From IMG/VR virus record IMGVR_UViG_3300029858_000327: a stretch of DNA of 64,000 bases. The stretch is one strand, 5' to 3'. The position numbers and the translations under genes are program-made. Below are positions 58,838 through 64,000 of this stretch, piece after piece. The first letter of the stretch is position 1. Every line of letters begins with the position of its first letter. Origin of the DNA: a virus (Duplodnaviria; Heunggongvirae; Uroviricota; Caudoviricetes). The notes under the pieces were generated by a model that was not told the DNA's origin, did not search any database, and worked only from the letters and a program-made list of their open reading frames with translations.

Positions 58838-60952
58838 ATGGCAACAACAAAATTAAAATTCTACAGGGGCTTAAAGGCCCGTTATGATGCAGCGTCAAAA
58901 CATCTGGATGCTATCTATTTTGCAACCGACACCAAAGAACTGTTGATGAACGGTGTGAATTATGGAGGAAGCGGTGTCACAGATGTCAGTTTTGACAAAG
59001 GCAGCAATAAACTTATCGTTACCAAATCATCAGGCAAGACCGAATATGATCTGACGGAACTCATCAGGTTCAAGACATCATTGCCAGACAGCCTTGCCAC
59101 TCCTTCGAAACTGGGAGGTCTTCCGGCTGGGACAAAGGTCGAGACCTTGAAGACAAAGACGCTGAGCCAGATTTTCGAGGATATTCTCTTTGAGGAAATC
59201 CAGCCGACGGTACAGGCACCAAGTGCAACAATATCATTCAAGTCTCCTTTTACCGCCAACAAGATTCTGGAGGTTGGTGAAAGCGCACCTACCGCAGAAC
59301 AGATTCAGACAGGATTTAACCGTGGTAATTGTACGGTTGTTGGCCAGGCAAACAAGAACCGCGCAGGAGAACTTATCTCCGATGACCAGTCCTTCATCTA
59401 TGTAGGAAACAGTACAAGCAACAAGACATTGCCGACGAAAGTTACACTCGGTACGATGCAGTACAATTACCAGGCTCATCATGGCGCAGGTGACACCTTG
59501 CTCACTTCAAAAGGAAACAAGGCGACCGTATCCCCTAATCCGCTTCCTGAAGGTACTGTGAAATCAGGTGCTGTCTACCTTTATGGTACCTATCCGTTTT
59601 ACTGTAATGGTTCTTCAGCTTCTACCTCTGCCGGAGATACCAATTTCCCGTCTGCCGCAGCTCCTGATACAAAGCTTCCGCTGCAGAAATGGACTGATAC
59701 ATTAATTGGAGCGAAATTTGCTTCTGAAGCAGCAACCGGAACCCGCCTTGAATTCTACTTCCCTTCAGAAAAGAATGTGTCAAAAGTCGAGTTCTATAAT
59801 ACGGTGTCCGGAAAGTGGGAAGTCTTCGGAACGGACAAGTACACCGTATCTGATGCAGGAAACAAGACCGTACAAAGTGTTCAGATTGCATACAAGAAGC
59901 TGACAACGACAGGTGCCATGTCCGGTGCATTACAACTTCGCTTCACAGTTTCCGATGCCGGGAAAAAACTTGTAGACGAGCCGGACACATATAATGGCGA
60001 GGAAATTACGGATGAAGTGATAGCCATGCTTGCACGAAACAGCCGTGAAGTTCCCTTTGCCATGCCGATGAACAATGTCATGCCGATGGCTTCGACAACA
60101 GGAAACCGTCCTGCGGGTATTGCTTCCTTTGCCGTGAACTTTGAGCCTGGAGGACAGGCGCCACTGGATGCCCGTCAGCTTGTTCCAAACAAGACAGACC
60201 TTATTGCCGCAGCTACCTATTCAGGAAAGAATACTTATAACGGCATGTTGGTCGTTGTTGGAGATAACGGGGACGGCAAACCGGCTCTGTATGTCCTGAA
60301 GGACATGACAAAGATTACCCAGGCTGATTATGGCGGATGGATTCGTCTTGACGTCGGTGCACAGACACTCATCCAGATTATCAATGACCTCACAACGGGC
60401 GGGACTAATAAGGCACTTTCCGCCGAGCAGGGTAAAGTTCTGAAAGGTCTGGTTGACACACTGACAAACAAGGTCAACGCGCTTGGTGCCGTATATGTGC
60501 CAAAGGGTACTCTGGCAGACCTTAGTGCCCTGAAAGGGGTGGCTTCTGTATCGAAAGGCCACGTATATAACGTTACGGCAGAAGTTACCCTGAACGGCAA
60601 GAAATATCCGGCTGAAACGAACTTCGTCTACATCGGAGAAACGGCCAATCAGGCAAGTGTGGAAACCAACTGGGATTCCTTGGGTGGTACGGTCGATTTG
60701 ACAGCGTATGCAAAGAAAGCTGACCTCGAAGGATTTCTTACCGAAGAGGATTTGGCCGGATATGCCAAGGCTGTAGATGTGGCGAACACCTATGCCACAA
60801 AAGCTGCACTGAGTGAGGCTATCGAAGGGCTTTCCTCCACTTATGCGACCAAGGCTGAACTGACCAGCTATGCAACGAACGAGACTCTGAAGCAGTATGC
60901 CACTAAACAGGATCTTGACGATGCGTTTGCATGGAATGAGGAAACCGAGTAA
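58838..60952 (+). CDS. tail fibre / receptor-binding protein
   Basis: 704 aa. C-terminal tandem peptide repeats YAK(K/A).DL / TYATKA(A/E)L. Confidence 0.5.
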   Translation: MATTKLKFYRGLKARYDAASKHLDAIYFATDTKELLMNGVNYGGSGVTDVSFDKGSNKLIVTKSSGKTEYDLTELIRFKTSLPDSLATPSKLGGLPAGTKVETLKTKTLSQIFEDILFEEIQPTVQAPSATISFKSPFTANKILEVGESAPTAEQIQTGFNRGNCTVVGQANKNRAGELISDDQSFIYVGNSTSNKTLPTKVTLGTMQYNYQAHHGAGDTLLTSKGNKATVSPNPLPEGTVKSGAVYLYGTYPFYCNGSSASTSAGDTNFPSAAAPDTKLPLQKWTDTLIGAKFASEAATGTRLEFYFPSEKNVSKVEFYNTVSGKWEVFGTDKYTVSDAGNKTVQSVQIAYKKLTTTGAMSGALQLRFTVSDAGKKLVDEPDTYNGEEITDEVIAMLARNSREVPFAMPMNNVMPMASTTGNRPAGIASFAVNFEPGGQAPLDARQLVPNKTDLIAAATYSGKNTYNGMLVVVGDNGDGKPALYVLKDMTKITQADYGGWIRLDVGAQTLIQIINDLTTGGTNKALSAEQGKVLKGLVDTLTNKVNALGAVYVPKGTLADLSALKGVASVSKGHVYNVTAEVTLNGKKYPAETNFVYIGETANQASVETNWDSLGGTVDLTAYAKKADLEGFLTEEDLAGYAKAVDVANTYATKAALSEAIEGLSSTYATKAELTSYATNETLKQYATKQDLDDAFAWNEETE

Positions 60953-60999
60953 TAATATGTGGGGGCTTTGTATCAGAGCCCCCCATAAATCCCAATGAC

Positions 61000-61425
61000 A
61001 TGGCGAAAAAGAGATTCAACAATTATTTGAAATATGCCACCTTCAAGAAAGAACTGGAAGCCGGTAACATATTGCCTGATTCCGTTTCCTACATCAAGGA
61101 GATACGGGCTATCTATACCCATGGGGAATATTATGGCAATGGCTGCATATCCAGCGTGAATGCTGGTACGGGTGAGGTCAGTGCCGAGCTTCTTCCGAAC
61201 GTGTTCCATGTGTTCGGAGAAGTATCCGTACTTAACGTCACATTTGGAAAAGGCTTTCCAGGCATTGCCAATGAGTACATGTTCCAGTTTTCAAGTGGTG
61301 TTACGCCTACCGTCCTGAATCTTCCTGAAGGTGTGAAATGGATAGGAAGCAGTGTTGTCAGGGCCAACAGGACGTATCAGGTAAGTATTCTTAATAATAT
61401 AGCTGTGATGGGAGGTACTTTATGA
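61000..61425 (+). CDS. hypothetical protein (tail-fibre-associated)
   Basis: 141 aa. Confidence 0.35.
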   Translation: MAKKRFNNYLKYATFKKELEAGNILPDSVSYIKEIRAIYTHGEYYGNGCISSVNAGTGEVSAELLPNVFHVFGEVSVLNVTFGKGFPGIANEYMFQFSSGVTPTVLNLPEGVKWIGSSVVRANRTYQVSILNNIAVMGGTL

Positions 61426-61637
61426 TTTTGTTAAGACGCAGATTGCTTATACTGGCGGCCATGAATAATGGACTGCCTAATATGCCGATTCGGTTTAAGA
61501 CCGGCGAAAGGGCGGTATTCAGTGACGGGAAGCATGGATATTTTTCGATGGACAGAAGATTTGTTCGTGATAAGAACATGTCACGAATGTATTTCAAAGA
61601 CGGGAAACGGATTAGTGTGCTGAAGAAAAGGAACTGA
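61422..61637 (+). CDS. hypothetical protein
   Basis: 71 aa. Confidence 0.3.
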   Translation: MILLRRRLLILAAMNNGLPNMPIRFKTGERAVFSDGKHGYFSMDRRFVRDKNMSRMYFKDGKRISVLKKRN

Positions 61638-61711
61638 ACTAAACTAAAATAAAATAAAATAGGAGTGCCACTGCACTCCTTGTAATAAATTTTTTATTAA
61701 CCATCCTACCA

Positions 61712-62239
61712 TTGGCAGAACTCCACAAATATAGATGTAATTTTATTATGAACAAAATAGATTCAATAATAATTCACTGTTCAGCCACACGTGCTGGGCT
61801 GGACATTGGTAAGAAGGAAATCACTCAGATGCACCTGCAGAAAGGGTTTTCTACAATTGGTTATAATTACGTTATCCGGCTGGATGGTACGGTAGAAGTT
61901 GGCCGTTCGCTCACTATTGACGGGGCGCACTGTAATAGCAAGGGATTCTCAGGTGTGTCGTACAACAAACATTCAATTGGTATCTGCTATGTGGGCGGTC
62001 TGGACGCGCACGGTAAGGCAGCTGACACCCGAACACCGGAACAGAAGAAAGCGTTAGCCAAACTGATTAAGGAGCTTTGCGGAAAGTACCAGATTGTGGA
62101 AGTGTTGGGCCATCGTGACACATCGCCTGACCTGGACGGAGATGGAATCGTTGAACCTGAAGAATGGACAAAGATGTGTCCTTGCTTCGATGTGCGTGCG
62201 GAATATCCATTTATCCAGGAAATCATTGTAAAGCCATGA
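61712..62239 (+). CDS. N-acetylmuramoyl-L-alanine amidase (Amidase_2/PGRP) endolysin
   Basis: IIIHCSAT...GYNYVI...H...NSKSIGICYVGG are Amidase_2 hallmarks. Confidence 0.8.
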   Translation: MAELHKYRCNFIMNKIDSIIIHCSATRAGLDIGKKEITQMHLQKGFSTIGYNYVIRLDGTVEVGRSLTIDGAHCNSKGFSGVSYNKHSIGICYVGGLDAHGKAADTRTPEQKKALAKLIKELCGKYQIVEVLGHRDTSPDLDGDGIVEPEEWTKMCPCFDVRAEYPFIQEIIVKP

Positions 62240-62700
62240 AACTATTGTATTACCTAATTATTGCTGCATTAGCCCTGTTACTTATCATAAGCCGTAGGAA
62301 TGATGCAAGTAGTGTGAATAAGGATGCGGATACTATTACTATAACGAACACGGTCAGAAAAATACAAGTAGATACAATGTATATTCTGTCTCCACAGCCT
62401 TATCTTGCATGGATTGATAATTCAGATACGATTCATGCAAGCGACACCTGCTATCATCTGCGTGAATACAAAGAATACCGTGATAGTAGCTATTATGCAA
62501 AGATTAGCGGTGTAGCACCACGTTTGGACGAAATTCGAGTGTATCCGCGTACCATCTACCAGACTGAATACATTTACCGTGACATCGTACAAAAAAACAA
62601 ACGCTGGGGGCTTGGTCTATCTGCTGGCTATGGTATCGGTAGAAACGGGTTGTCTCCTATCTTGGCGGTAACGGTAAACTACAATTTATTTCAATGGTAA
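62236..62700 (+). CDS. N-terminal-TM protein following the endolysin (spanin-like, putative)
   Basis: ATGA overlap with the amidase stop. MKLLYYLIIAALALLLIIS TM anchor. Confidence 0.35.
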   Translation: MKLLYYLIIAALALLLIISRRNDASSVNKDADTITITNTVRKIQVDTMYILSPQPYLAWIDNSDTIHASDTCYHLREYKEYRDSSYYAKISGVAPRLDEIRVYPRTIYQTEYIYRDIVQKNKRWGLGLSAGYGIGRNGLSPILAVTVNYNLFQW

Positions 62701-62796
62701 TTCCCATTTGCTATTTAACAAAAAAATATTGTTAGTTTTGTAACTTAAAATCGAATTATTATTTACATTTGTCTCGTTGTAAAAAATAATAAAACT

Positions 62797-63090
62797 ATGG
62801 CTGATTTTAAGGATTTAGAACTGATTAAAAGCTCAAAAGAAACAGAGATTGTTAATTGTAATATTTTGGGTGTAAAAGTTGCGACAAATGGATATTGTGG
62901 TGGCGATTCCGGGCATGGATCAAGAACCTATTTTAGATTAGAGGATTTAGCTTCAACTGATATTAATATTCGTTTACTCAAGGATAAAAGAGGAGTGGAA
63001 GTTATGTTAGGAGGAGATGCTGAATTAGAAACTTTCATACAGGCTTTAAGATGGGCTGCTGATAATTTGGAAGAAATGGCAAAAAAATAA
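62797..63090 (+). CDS. hypothetical protein (AT-rich moron next to the integrase)
   Basis: 97 aa, low GC. Own terminator at about 63140-63190. Confidence 0.35.
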   Translation: MADFKDLELIKSSKETEIVNCNILGVKVATNGYCGGDSGHGSRTYFRLEDLASTDINIRLLKDKRGVEVMLGGDAELETFIQALRWAADNLEEMAKK

Positions 63091-63139
63091 AGTGTCTAAT
63101 ATAAATGACTATCTTTGTCGTGTAGAAGTTTGCTTTTAT

Positions 63140-63190
63140 TGCAAACGAAAGCCCCAACCAGATTAATATCCGGAAGGGGCTTTTATTGAC
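63140..63190 (+). terminator. rho-independent terminator
   Basis: AAAGCCCC...GGGGCTTTT hairpin. Confidence 0.45.
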
Positions 63191-63202
63191 TTATACTTTA
63201 GG

Positions 63203-63469
63203 CTATTTTACATTAAAAGATACAAGCACTTCACGCGGTTTACCCTTGTAAAATTGATATACATAGCACTCCACCATTTCGCCTTTGTACTTTTGGAGTC
63301 TCTTGTATAAATACTCCTTCACTTCAACCTTACGAGAGAAGTAAAGATTCTGTTCGCTAAAGACAGGTTCATCTGCCCCAACCCAAGCTTCTAACGAGCA
63401 TGGGCATTTGTTGATAATTCTTTTCATATTACAATAAATATTATGTAGTGGCTCCATTGCCTCATACAT
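63203..63469 (-). CDS. hypothetical protein
   Basis: 88 aa, downstream of the integrase on the same strand. Confidence 0.3.
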   Translation of the reverse strand: MYEAMEPLHNIYCNMKRIINKCPCSLEAWVGADEPVFSEQNLYFSRKVEVKEYLYKRLQKYKGEMVECYVYQFYKGKPREVLVSFNVK

Positions 63470-63496
63470 AACATAACAGATAAAGTGTCAGACAAA

Positions 63497-64000
63497 TTAC
63501 CCTCTCATCATCATAATATCAGACCTCAGTTCGATATATTCTTTGTACTTTTCCGGGTTGTTCACGTAATCAATCACACGAGATATGGCCATATCAGCCT
63601 GTTTCTGCCGGACTTTGGTGTAGTATCGTATAACTCCTTTTGATTTGTCTGAGTGGCCTAAGCAGTAGTCTATTATCCCGTCAGGAATACCTATTTCAGA
63701 GGCGTACTGAGCGAAAGACTTGCGGGCCGAATAAAATGTAACACGTTCATCAATATTTAACTCTTCAGCCAAATCTCCAAGAGAATACGTAACATACTGA
63801 GAAAAGTTGTGATATGTGAATTTATACCCAAAATCAAGTTTCCCCGTCCTTTTATCCATCCACCTGCATATTATCTCTCTTGCTTGAGACGGTATTGTAA
63901 ATGTGATTACACTATCCGACTGCATTCGCCCTTTAGTCTTTGAGCGTGAATATTCCAATACATCTTTTCTAAAGTCTGTTTGCATAATGTCTATAAGATT
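63497..64000 (-). CDS. int: tyrosine recombinase / integrase, C-terminal catalytic part (gene continues beyond the window)
   Basis: LGHSDKSKGVIRYYT (HxxR...Y catalytic box) with ARKSFAQ upstream. The ORF is open to the window edge. Confidence 0.65.
   Translation of the reverse strand, partial: NLIDIMQTDFRKDVLEYSRSKTKGRMQSDSVITFTIPSQAREIICRWMDKRTGKLDFGYKFTYHNFSQYVTYSLGDLAEELNIDERVTFYSARKSFAQYASEIGIPDGIIDYCLGHSDKSKGVIRYYTKVRQKQADMAISRVIDYVNNPEKYKEYIELRSDIMMMRG

Noticed and set aside
58838-60952. C-terminal peptide repeats in the tail fibre as a mobile or variable (DGR-like) target
   Set aside because: No reverse transcriptase or template repeat nearby. The repeats look like ordinary fibre coiled-coil or beta-helix periodicity.
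1-64000. CRISPR array or cas genes
   Set aside because: No run of regularly spaced identical direct repeats of 25-40 bp with unique spacers was seen. The repeats found are iterons, operators or inverted repeats.

Overview
Almost the entire window reads as one temperate, siphovirus-like prophage. Its composition and protein content resemble phages of Bacteroidota, though that host assignment is inference. Reading left to right:

- Left end: a partial tRNA 3' end (about 424-475, minus strand) that looks like an att remnant.
- 560-2623: a defence-like gene trio (lipoprotein, HEPN-like protein with Rx4HG, DUF262/ParB-like protein).
- 2633-3271: a CI/LexA-type S24 repressor, diverging from a rightward early operon.
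- Early region: small proteins; HNH homing endonucleases; a Sak4-like ATPase, PD-(D/E)XK nuclease, SSB and NinB-like recombination set; NinG-like protein; an SF2 helicase; a replisome organiser with internal iteron-like repeats; a DnaC-like loader; and an orphan C5 cytosine methyltransferase.
- 19.0-27.8 kb: several AT-rich moron islands, described below.
- Late region: PAPS-reductase-like and ParB-like genes; small and large terminase (TerS, TerL); portal; a HicAB insertion; scaffold and capsid genes; head-tail genes; major tail protein; and a tail assembly chaperone.
- 41.2-48.0 kb: a roughly 7 kb accessory insertion, described below.
- After the insertion: tape measure, tail and fibre proteins, holin-like proteins, an Amidase_2 endolysin, a spanin-like protein and a small moron.
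- Right edge: the 3' part of a tyrosine integrase on the minus strand, running out of the window.

Three tRNA or tRNA-like genes lie inside the phage, and two of them are structurally odd.

The most interesting content is two AT-rich accessory islands, 23.3-27.7 kb and 41.2-44.3 kb. Each is headed by a paralogous module of an HTH regulator with a zinc ribbon plus a small TM protein. The first island carries a four-gene operon: a YbjQ/DUF74-domain protein with a zinc ribbon, an unknown cytoplasmic protein, a 2-TM protein and a 1-TM protein. These are candidate, undescribed phage-borne defence or superinfection-exclusion systems.

Other notable signals:

- The motif CACGATTATG recurs exactly at several start codons.
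- A conserved leader precedes both the KilA-N and the Bro-N antirepressor genes.
- Tail morphogenesis is split: the tail chaperone and the tape measure are separated by the 7 kb insertion.

All calls rest on reading the sequence and ORF track by eye and on remembered domain motifs. No database search was run.
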